Source: Chitinophagales bacterium
GTDB lineage: Bacteria; Bacteroidota; Bacteroidia; Chitinophagales; UBA8649
Direction of reading: 5' to 3'
Length of the DNA stretch: 64,000 bases
Assembly (NCBI GenBank): GCA_049890075.1
Contig: JBMHCE010000016.1
Coordinates: forward strand, 34,181-98,180
The position numbers and the translations under genes were made by a program. Shown piece by piece: positions 56,250 through 64,000 of this stretch (positions are counted from its first letter, which is position 1; each line of letters begins with the position of its first letter). The notes beneath the pieces were generated by a model. That model was not told the origin of the DNA, searched no databases, and saw nothing but the letters and a program-made list of their open reading frames with translations.

Positions 56250-56843
56250 TTGGCATCTCCCATAAGGACATTTTTAGAATTCTTTGATCAATCGTTGTTT
56301 CGATGGATCGTAAAACGCGCTTGGCCAAAATACCAGAGACCAAGAACAGGCTACCAAGCACACTACAACGTCATCAAGCGATACTTTTTTCATCAAAAAA
56401 TTCTGAGGATTAATGGGAAAGTTCCATGGCCCGTAGATTTCCGATCAAAAGTTTTTGGGGCTGAGCATATAACTAAAGGCGTATGCAGTGATCCTGGAGA
56501 TAACATCGGCGTATATATCAATGCCTACGGCGGAATAACTCTAGGAGACAACGTAAATATTGGGCCAAACTCCATACTCACCTCTACTAATCATGATCAA
56601 TATGATCATCGTAAACTCAGCAAAACAAAAGGAATTACCATTGGAAACAATGTATGGATTGGAGGTAACTGCTCAATTCTTGCTGGAAGTACAATAGGTG
56701 ACAATGTAACGATAGGAGCTGGGTGTGTTATTCATGGCGACATACCATCCAACACCCTTGTGTTGCAGGACAAGGCAAAATTGAAGTTTGTAGAAAAAAC
56801 GGGCCCATATCAATGGAATCCACGTGACGAAAATCTAACCTAA
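56250..56843 (+). CDS. hexapeptide-repeat O-acetyltransferase (WcaF/maltose acetyltransferase-like)
   Basis: LbH repeats (ITLGDNVNIGPNS, ITIGNNVWIGGNCSILAGSTIGDNVTIGAGCVI). TTG start, the first start possible after an in-frame stop. Confidence 0.8.
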   Translation: MASPIRTFLEFFDQSLFRWIVKRAWPKYQRPRTGYQAHYNVIKRYFFHQKILRINGKVPWPVDFRSKVFGAEHITKGVCSDPGDNIGVYINAYGGITLGDNVNIGPNSILTSTNHDQYDHRKLSKTKGITIGNNVWIGGNCSILAGSTIGDNVTIGAGCVIHGDIPSNTLVLQDKAKLKFVEKTGPYQWNPRDENLT

Positions 56844-58315
56844 TGGGTATTATTCAGAGACAAGGGTTGAAATCAGCCATCGTCCGCGTGGCTGGAATGG
56901 GTATCGGAGCAATCACTACCATTTTTTTGATCCCCGCCATTCTATCTGTAGAAGATATTGGCTTAATCGATACCATGCGAAAAATGATTGCGATGGGTGT
57001 TCCTCTCCTCGTAATGGGTGGACCACAGGCTATCCGCAAATACTTTGACCCTATGCGTAGTGAACGACAATCCTACGCCCTAATTTCTTCGTATTTATAC
57101 GTATTTATCTTTACAGCTACGTTTTTTACGGCAGCCTATTTTACGCTGAATGAGCAGATTTTCAGCATGTATGAGGCCAAATCGCCCAAGATAAAAGCCT
57201 ACAGTCTTGTTATATATTTAGGACTTATGGGCTTTGCGATACAAAACTTTTGCATGGCCATCTCATCGGTTCACAGGCGGACTGTTATGCCAGACTTCGC
57301 GCAAAATGTCCTTAACCGCGGTGTTCTCTTTATACTTCTAGGCCTTGTTTTTATCCAAGGATTGACCATCCCAGATATACCACGGTTCTATACCCTCATA
57401 TTCTTTATTCTTCCCCCTGTGGCAACCGTGGCATATGTTGGACTTTTCATCAAGCCCTCTTTACGGTGGCCATCAAGAACAACAATCGCTTCGATATACA
57501 AGAAAACTTTCGTCTATAACCTTGTCCAGATCCCCCTATCGTTAAGTAATGTTGTTTTATTGGCCGTCGATTCCATAATGCTCAGTAGCCTAGCAGGACT
57601 CGCCAGCACGGGGGTCTACAGTATCGCACTCTTTATGATCTCCTTTCTTAACGTAAGCAAGCGAAGCCTAACTCAAATATCGCTGCCCATTGTAAGTGGA
57701 AAGTTTAAAGAAGAAAAGTTCGAAGATATACGCACCATATTGAGTAAGAGCTCCCGATTAATGACTTTTGCAACCGGTCTTTTTGTTATCGCCTTAGTAA
57801 ATGGTATTGAAATTCTCTTGGCCATCATGCCCAATGGCGATTTATTCGCTGAGACACGTCTTGTGTTGTACATTCTTGGAACAGCTACCCTAGTCGATCA
57901 TCTGTTTGGGTTACAACAAATGCTCATCGATGCATCTTCTAAATATGCTTTAGGACTTGTCAACTTCCTAGCAGTACTCCTGCTTGTAATTGGCCTAAAC
58001 TTCCTATTGATTCCAACCTATGGCATATATGGTGCGGCGATCACTACTGCTGTGGGACTTGTTTTGCGAGCGGCTATCAACGCGACAATCATGTATAAGA
58101 GCACTTCATTACATGCATTTTCACGTCAGAGCGTAATTACTTTTAGTATTGCTGTGGCTTGTATAACCGTAAGCTACTTTCTTCAAGAAAACATCGAGTG
58201 GGAATATAGAGCAATCACGCAATGTATTCTTATGCCTACATTGTTTTTAGCGACCTGTGGTTTAACTTCATGTGTGCCTCCCCAAATCAGTCAGTGGGCT
58301 CAACGATTTCTATAG
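56843..58315 (+). CDS. oligosaccharide/polysaccharide flippase (Wzx/MOP family)
   Basis: 490 aa with ~12-14 TM helices. TAATG coupling to the acetyltransferase gene. Confidence 0.75.
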   Translation: MGIIQRQGLKSAIVRVAGMGIGAITTIFLIPAILSVEDIGLIDTMRKMIAMGVPLLVMGGPQAIRKYFDPMRSERQSYALISSYLYVFIFTATFFTAAYFTLNEQIFSMYEAKSPKIKAYSLVIYLGLMGFAIQNFCMAISSVHRRTVMPDFAQNVLNRGVLFILLGLVFIQGLTIPDIPRFYTLIFFILPPVATVAYVGLFIKPSLRWPSRTTIASIYKKTFVYNLVQIPLSLSNVVLLAVDSIMLSSLAGLASTGVYSIALFMISFLNVSKRSLTQISLPIVSGKFKEEKFEDIRTILSKSSRLMTFATGLFVIALVNGIEILLAIMPNGDLFAETRLVLYILGTATLVDHLFGLQQMLIDASSKYALGLVNFLAVLLLVIGLNFLLIPTYGIYGAAITTAVGLVLRAAINATIMYKSTSLHAFSRQSVITFSIAVACITVSYFLQENIEWEYRAITQCILMPTLFLATCGLTSCVPPQISQWAQRFL

Positions 58316-59362
58316 CGAGTGTAACGTAACCACCGGTTTACTTGGTAGCTCTTCGCTGAGCAACCATCGACAAAATATAATGGCTTCCTCATACCCAGCA
58401 GTGCTGATCCAGTTATCGACCTCCATAGGGCTGTGGCTTAGATAGATGGTATATTTTCCATCAGAATTCATTACTGCATTGCCCTTGTTTAATCCAACCG
58501 GATAATGTCTATAATCCATTGACTGCATAAGATAATTCCAAGTTTGCACCCCCCAATAGCAACACTCAGGAGAGGAGAACTCAATCTTCAAATACTCATT
58601 ATGCTTCAGGTGATAGCGTCCAAAACAATATATGTTGTCTACCGTACCCCACCCTCCTTGCTCAGCATCAAAAGAGAACGGCGGTAGGAAATCATTCATG
58701 GGAAACTCTACAGGAAGAGGGGCCAACCAAGTGCTTTGCTGAAAGAATGTAGTCATAATCTGAATACGCCGAGCCAAAGCTTCATCATCAAGAACAGGAG
58801 GTATACCTTGATTACTGATGTTCTTTATAGTAAGCTCACTCTCTGTGCCATTGAATCGATCAAAGAAGTACTCTCTAGTAAAAAGATTAACGACGTCGGA
58901 GTCCAACATAAACTCGTTTTCACCTTGAGGATTAGGCGTCAGTTTAATCTCAAAACGTCCCTCTTCATCGAAGTGTATGCGATTATGATTAATCGAGTTC
59001 GCCACACGATCAACTATGCTCCCATCAGCATCACCACCATAGGTTGTAAAGGATAAATAGCAACTATCAAATCGCCGCCCCGAAATGATGTACTCCTGAT
59101 CTGGAAGTAGTTGTGTGAAGTAATACACCGCATCTACGTTGTCACCGAGAATTTTATGATGCTCATTGGACAACGCCATAAAGGTGGGATGCATTGGATC
59201 ATTAAAAAGATAGAAGTCAATGGTTGTCCTCATAAGATGAAAGAGGTGCCTGTATCCATCAACCTTCCCTTGCTCATCAAGATTTTTGTCAGGATCTAAA
59301 AAGGTATGATCTGAAGACTTGATAACTTCTAACAAGGCATCCAATGCCGCTTTACTTTTCAT
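58310..59362 (-). CDS. hypothetical cytoplasmic protein, DUF1214-like (from memory of the family pattern)
   Basis: 350 aa with no signal peptide. Strings DNVDAVYYFTQL...YIISGRR...CYLSFTTY and CYWGVQTWNY...KYTIYLSH...NWIST resemble DUF1214-type proteins. 11-nt overlap with the sulfotransferase gene. Confidence 0.5.
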   Translation of the reverse strand: MKSKAALDALLEVIKSSDHTFLDPDKNLDEQGKVDGYRHLFHLMRTTIDFYLFNDPMHPTFMALSNEHHKILGDNVDAVYYFTQLLPDQEYIISGRRFDSCYLSFTTYGGDADGSIVDRVANSINHNRIHFDEEGRFEIKLTPNPQGENEFMLDSDVVNLFTREYFFDRFNGTESELTIKNISNQGIPPVLDDEALARRIQIMTTFFQQSTWLAPLPVEFPMNDFLPPFSFDAEQGGWGTVDNIYCFGRYHLKHNEYLKIEFSSPECCYWGVQTWNYLMQSMDYRHYPVGLNKGNAVMNSDGKYTIYLSHSPMEVDNWISTAGYEEAIIFCRWLLSEELPSKPVVTLHSL

Positions 59363-60617
59363 GGCTCATTTTTTCTAGAAATGAATAATAGTCTTTAAAC
59401 TCTTTGGTAATCTCTTCCTGACTTAAGTTAAAATCCTCTAAGCTATACTCATGACTCCCATGCTTACCTTTTGGATTGGACGCTAAGAAGCTCTGCATTC
59501 GCGATCGGCTTACACCATCTAACGACCAACCGAAGTATTGATAAATCGTATCGACACAAGCCATTTGATCGCTAACAAAGTCATTAAAATGTATATCTAT
59601 AATCTGATCTTCTCGGTTTAACTGAGCGCGTTCTTCCATAAATCGATCAAAGGACATTTTCCAAAAATCCAGTTGTTCTTTACCTGAACGAACAGGGTCC
59701 TCAAAATCACTATACAGTGAGCGTACAGATGATATCAGACTGGCAGCTGAAGGAACTACCTTAGCGGGATCTCTATGCGTCATGATAACCTTGGCATCAG
59801 GATAAACTTCAAACAAGGCTGACAAACGCATCATATGTACCGGGGTCTTTAACAACCACCGCTCTGAACGCACACCACCAGATTCCAGGTATTGTAGAAA
59901 ACGACGGTGAAAGCGCATTGTTTTACGCTGATCAGAGACGTCCGAAAACCACCGTAAATAGCTTGGAATATAGACCTGAGCACAAGTCTGAAAACTGTTA
60001 AAATCCAAGGCTGTTATACCAATACACTCTTGAGGAGACTCCGCCGTCATGTGGTGCTTTTTCTGGAAATCAGGGACCAGTTTAAACAGTTGGCCGAACT
60101 CCTTCTTTATCGTATTAAGCTGAGGATTATCAGTGAAGGTTGAAGGCTCAGGAACTGGACTTGGCAACAGGCATTCCCAAGCAAGAGGTGATCGGTGATT
60201 TTTGTCCTCATGCAAAAGACTATGTAATATCGTAGTTCCAGTTCTCGGCATACCAATAATGAACACAGGATCCTTGATCTCCGTATCGAGGATAGATGGG
60301 TTGCTTTGCAAGACCTTCTCGACATGTAACCTAGACGTTAGCGTCCGTTTGAGCAGGCCTTTTAGTGCAATAGAACCAAATGCATTGATTCTACTTTCCG
60401 CGTTTATGGATTGTACCAATTGCTTTAGACCCTCCGTAAGCTCACTTGGAAGTTCGCCCCTGTAGCCCGCATCCTTGACCGCCTTTTTAATGATGCCTGC
60501 TGCATCGAGGTGATAGATATTGAGGCCCAATCTATTAAGGAGCTTTCCCGCTCCATTCATTATGTTAAGACCGCGACTTCGTTCAATGAAGACTTGTTCT
60601 TTCTGACTGGATTCCAT
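59352..60617 (-). CDS. PAPS-dependent sulfotransferase family protein
   Basis: 5'-PSB loop IIGMPRTGTTILHSLL and a 3'-PB-like MTHRDPAKVVPS. 421 aa. Confidence 0.8.
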   Translation of the reverse strand: MESSQKEQVFIERSRGLNIMNGAGKLLNRLGLNIYHLDAAGIIKKAVKDAGYRGELPSELTEGLKQLVQSINAESRINAFGSIALKGLLKRTLTSRLHVEKVLQSNPSILDTEIKDPVFIIGMPRTGTTILHSLLHEDKNHRSPLAWECLLPSPVPEPSTFTDNPQLNTIKKEFGQLFKLVPDFQKKHHMTAESPQECIGITALDFNSFQTCAQVYIPSYLRWFSDVSDQRKTMRFHRRFLQYLESGGVRSERWLLKTPVHMMRLSALFEVYPDAKVIMTHRDPAKVVPSAASLISSVRSLYSDFEDPVRSGKEQLDFWKMSFDRFMEERAQLNREDQIIDIHFNDFVSDQMACVDTIYQYFGWSLDGVSRSRMQSFLASNPKGKHGSHEYSLEDFNLSQEEITKEFKDYYSFLEKMSHEK

Positions 60618-60911
60618 CTACATAAGTTCTTTAAGCTTGCGAGCTAACGCTAAATCACCTTTCACTTTTAGCTTACCGGTCAACGTAGCAATCATTGGCT
60701 TTATCTGCTTATTCTGAAGCTTAAGGTAGGTGTCTTCACTCATAGTAATCGTGCAATCCGCCTCTTCATCATCTGCACTCATTACATTTTCACTACCGCT
60801 TCCATCGATTAACATGATCTCTCCATCAATCTGAAACTTTAACTTCTTTTCAATTGGAGGAATCTCTTTTATTTTAACTGCGAGTTCATTTCGTAAATCA
60901 TCTACTGCCAT
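60618..60911 (-). CDS. SCP2 (sterol carrier protein 2-like) lipid-binding domain protein
   Basis: 97 aa. C-terminal pattern KPMIATLTGKLKVKGDLALARKLKEL is typical of SCP2. Its stop abuts the sulfotransferase ATG (TAGATG). Confidence 0.75.
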   Translation of the reverse strand: MAVDDLRNELAVKIKEIPPIEKKLKFQIDGEIMLIDGSGSENVMSADDEEADCTITMSEDTYLKLQNKQIKPMIATLTGKLKVKGDLALARKLKELM

Positions 60912-61007
60912 GGAAAGGGATTTTAAGGATTATACTAAGAGAACAACATGATTTTTGATATGTTCTCAAAATTGGTTTTGAATGAGCGCACTGCGCTGTA
61001 GGTGGGT

Positions 61008-61035
61008 ATAAAAAAGGGGAAGGTTACCCTTCCCC
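61008..61035 (-). terminator. rho-independent terminator
   Basis: 8-bp stem GGGGAAGG/CCTTCCCC, loop TTAC, then a T6 run on the minus strand, 25 nt after the stop at 61061. Confidence 0.8.
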
Positions 61036-61060
61036 TGATATAAAAGCTATTAATGGTGAA

Positions 61061-64000
61061 TTACTTCTTAACCATCATAACACTTCGGTTCTCACGTCCG
61101 CCAGTTGTAGAGACTACAACAGCATACGCACCTTGATTAACATCAGATACATCCAAAGGAATACTCTGTGTACCTGCACCAAGTGATTGCGTTTGGAATT
61201 CTTTGACTAAACGACCGCTTAAATCAATTACACGAATTCGTACGTCCGCGCTGTTTGCAAGACGTAACGAAAGCGTAGTAGCATTAGCCACTGGGTTAGG
61301 CTGAATCATCAAATCAGTCACATCTTGTGCTACAGAAGGAATATCTGTAGGAAGCTTACATGAAGCAGAACAACTTGCACCATTCAGTGTTGTTGTACGC
61401 CACATACCGCGTGAATGGGTTCCAATGTAGATAGCTCTACAACTTGGATCATCATCACAATATCTGAACTGTCGAACACCATAAGTAGGCACACGTCCTA
61501 GGTTTGTATTTTGCTCTGACCATGTGATTCCTCCATCATCGCTTCCCCAAACACCTAATTCAGTAGCTACTAGATAACGATTAGCATCATTGTAATCAAT
61601 CGTAGCATCATAGAATGGCATGTATGGCATTTGCGAATCATCATTTTGTAAACTAACGAATGTTGGATTGGTTGATAATGCATTTGATGAACGATACACG
61701 TGTGAATTAGCTGCATAGGATGTCTTAACCACTAAGACATGGTTTGGATCATTTGGATCTACAGCCACACCTTCCATACTTCCACCACCTGGTACAGAAC
61801 TACTAGTAGTGATTAGACCAAGTACTGCAGATGGGTTTTGAGAACCACCAGCTGGGAAGGTTGCCCCATTAAGATTGGACACTGTGAAATACGTAGACCC
61901 ACGCACACAGTATAGTGTATTTAGATCTTCTGAAACAGCCATACCGTCAGCATCCTGGTTGGTTATCTTATACCAAACCTGTCCATTTACCTTATCCAGT
62001 GGGTTAGTACATACCCATACACCACAAGAAGTAGACATAAAGAGCTTAGCATCGTATGGATCTGGCAAGAATAACGTGTCACCAGGAAGTACAGTTGCCG
62101 TTAGGGTAACAGGGAATTCGATACCTGTTTTTCCACTGATTGCATTTACAGTAGTCCCAGCATTGATTGTCTCGCCTGGAATGAGGACTCCGTTGTTGTT
62201 TACGAAATCAGCACGTGCAGCGACGTAGGCTGAATTAGGTGGATTCACAACGTTATCTGTTTCAGCTAGCGTGAAGAAAGTAACGAACTTTGATGTACTG
62301 TTCTCTATACTTTCACATGACTGCGAAGGACTCCATAGACACCCTGAAGGGAATCCACATCCACCCTCATCAATGTTACTATCAAAGAATGTCTGTACTG
62401 AACCACCTCGGTTAGTTGATCGACGCAGGTTACCGTTTTGCGAACCTCCAAAGACTATGTCCGGATCAAGGTGAGAGATTTCAGCATAACCTCCGTCACC
62501 ACCAACGTAGCGTGTAGAAGCTTTCGAAGAGTTTCCTAGGCCATCTATGTATTGAGATCCGTTATCCTGGGCTCCACAAGCACTCTCGCCGTAGAATCCT
62601 GCCCCTACGCTCCAACACTGAAGCGACTGGTATCCAAAATTCTTTTCTTGGAATTGAAGATTGTCTGGGAAACCATCTTTCGCACGGCTTGCCACAGAAA
62701 GTCCTCCATCATTTCCGACCCACATGGTGTTGCAAGTTGCATCAAAAGGATCAAACAAGATTGTATGCTTGTCTGCATGTAAGTAATCCGCATTCGGCGC
62801 ACTTCCACCCTCAGTACCAATTACGTCAGCACGACGCAAGCCGCCTGAGTTGTTAGACCAAGTGTAAAAAGTAATACCACCAATATATACTAACGTTTCA
62901 TCACAAGGGCTTACAGCAATCGCATTATCATAGCCACCTTGGCACCCTGCAGACCCTGAAGGCTGAGCAAACGGGTCAAAGTTTGTGTTGTCAGCAACTC
63001 GAGTGAACGTAATCCCCTTGTTATCCGAAACCCAAAGACCGTTGAAACATCCCTGGCCATTGGCGTTGCTCAGATAGATGTAATCTGGATTTGCAGGAGT
63101 AACTCCTATCTCAGTTCGACCTGAAGTAGATAGCGAAGATGCCGACCAATTCAGACCAAAGTTATCCGTGTAATACATTCGGCCACTGATTGTTCCATAA
63201 AGACGATTTCCATCAGGAGACCACTTAACATCTTGTGCATTAGAACCTGGACGCTGATTCCAAGTCAAACCGCCGTCCTGAGATACATATAGCCCGTTGA
63301 CTACAGCAGCAGCGATGATGTTAGGATCTGTAGGGTGAGCAGCAAGTCGGTTTACGATGGCCCATCCGCCTGGATTAGTGACATTTTCGACACCAGAAGC
63401 ACCAGGCGTGTAGTATGCCGTGCTTGAAAGGAATTCCCATGTTTGACCCTTATCGGATGATTTCCATACTCCATTACCAGGAGCTGCCGGAGTAAAACTT
63501 ACACCAGTTGGAGACTGATACGAAGCGAATCCCTCTCCCGTTCCAACATAGATTGTTCCATCAGCCGATTGAACAATTGAAGAGATGGCCGAAAAACCAG
63601 GATAATTGGCCATATACTCCCAAGAGTTCCCTCTGTTTGTTGAACGATACATTCCTCCTGCTACCGAACCTGTAAACATCAAATTTCGGTCATCTTTATC
63701 AATAAGAATGGTTCTTGTGCGACCTCCTTGGTTATCCGGTCCTAACGCGTCCCAAGTAAGATCATAGTTTGCCTTAGCCGAAGGACCTTGTGCAATACGG
63801 TCAGCTTGAGCTAGTGCTTTGTAAAAATTGCGATAATCAATTTCCCCTGTCTCTGGATCAGCCCATTTATCATAACGATATTGCATAGACTCCATCATTC
63901 GCTGGGGCTTATCCCAAGCTTTTGCAGAAGCAATTTCTTGATTTGATTCACTAGAGGTTGTATCCTTTGTAGCGGCTACATTCTCTTGTTGTGCACAGCT
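61061..64000 (-). CDS. sortilin/BNR (Asp-box) beta-propeller protein with a T9SS type-A CTD, 5' end beyond the window
   Basis: Asp-boxes STNRGNSW, SSDKGQTW, SQDGGLTW, SDNKGITF, SDDGGITW. CTD IQPNPVANATTLSL...GAYAVVVST...MMVKK. The frame stays open upstream of the ORF-track Met (63898) to 64000 and reads SCAQQENVAATKDTT.., so the true start is probably outside the window. Confidence 0.85.
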   Translation of the reverse strand, partial: SCAQQENVAATKDTTSSESNQEIASAKAWDKPQRMMESMQYRYDKWADPETGEIDYRNFYKALAQADRIAQGPSAKANYDLTWDALGPDNQGGRTRTILIDKDDRNLMFTGSVAGGMYRSTNRGNSWEYMANYPGFSAISSIVQSADGTIYVGTGEGFASYQSPTGVSFTPAAPGNGVWKSSDKGQTWEFLSSTAYYTPGASGVENVTNPGGWAIVNRLAAHPTDPNIIAAAVVNGLYVSQDGGLTWNQRPGSNAQDVKWSPDGNRLYGTISGRMYYTDNFGLNWSASSLSTSGRTEIGVTPANPDYIYLSNANGQGCFNGLWVSDNKGITFTRVADNTNFDPFAQPSGSAGCQGGYDNAIAVSPCDETLVYIGGITFYTWSNNSGGLRRADVIGTEGGSAPNADYLHADKHTILFDPFDATCNTMWVGNDGGLSVASRAKDGFPDNLQFQEKNFGYQSLQCWSVGAGFYGESACGAQDNGSQYIDGLGNSSKASTRYVGGDGGYAEISHLDPDIVFGGSQNGNLRRSTNRGGSVQTFFDSNIDEGGCGFPSGCLWSPSQSCESIENSTSKFVTFFTLAETDNVVNPPNSAYVAARADFVNNNGVLIPGETINAGTTVNAISGKTGIEFPVTLTATVLPGDTLFLPDPYDAKLFMSTSCGVWVCTNPLDKVNGQVWYKITNQDADGMAVSEDLNTLYCVRGSTYFTVSNLNGATFPAGGSQNPSAVLGLITTSSSVPGGGSMEGVAVDPNDPNHVLVVKTSYAANSHVYRSSNALSTNPTFVSLQNDDSQMPYMPFYDATIDYNDANRYLVATELGVWGSDDGGITWSEQNTNLGRVPTYGVRQFRYCDDDPSCRAIYIGTHSRGMWRTTTLNGASCSASCKLPTDIPSVAQDVTDLMIQPNPVANATTLSLRLANSADVRIRVIDLSGRLVKEFQTQSLGAGTQSIPLDVSDVNQGAYAVVVSTTGGRENRSVMMVKK

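Overview
The window looks like a chromosomal segment of a Bacteroidota genome, probably Flavobacteriia-like. Supporting evidence: a fused lpxC/fabZ gene, five proteins ending in T9SS type-A C-terminal sorting domains, SprB-type repeats, a PorX-type receiver-PglZ regulator, and TAnnTTTG -7 promoter boxes. Coding density is very high, with about 60 genes, many 1-4 nt overlaps and several convergent 3' overlaps. Most of the content is housekeeping: the lipid A operon HD-lpxD-lpxC/fabZ-lpxA; lysS, pheS, tyrS, trpS and gatC; tsaE, mtaB and queA; upp, tdk and a deoxynucleoside kinase; menB, xth and lgt. There is one tRNA-Pro(UGG). I saw no rRNA, CRISPR array, transposase, integrase or recognisable defence system. 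The parts most worth a second look are: (1) a three-gene T9SS adhesin operon at 25.9-32.2 kb, consisting of a three-repeat SprB-type protein, an unassignable small secreted protein, and a 1563-aa mosaic adhesin with an unassigned head domain; (2) a tightly coupled SCP2 / sulfotransferase / DUF1214-like operon at 58.3-60.9 kb, next to an acetyltransferase-flippase pair; (3) a lipoprotein pair of a parallel beta-helix protein and a diheme c-type cytochrome at 18.8-21.4 kb; (4) a winged-helix regulator that appears split from its N-terminal membrane anchor at a T5 run, at 17.6-18.05 kb; (5) a T9SS cargo protease translationally coupled to porX. All functional calls come from reading motifs in the supplied translations. 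No database search was run. Several ORF-track starts are TTG or GTG codons shown as M, and I re-set starts where an in-frame ATG fits the family better.
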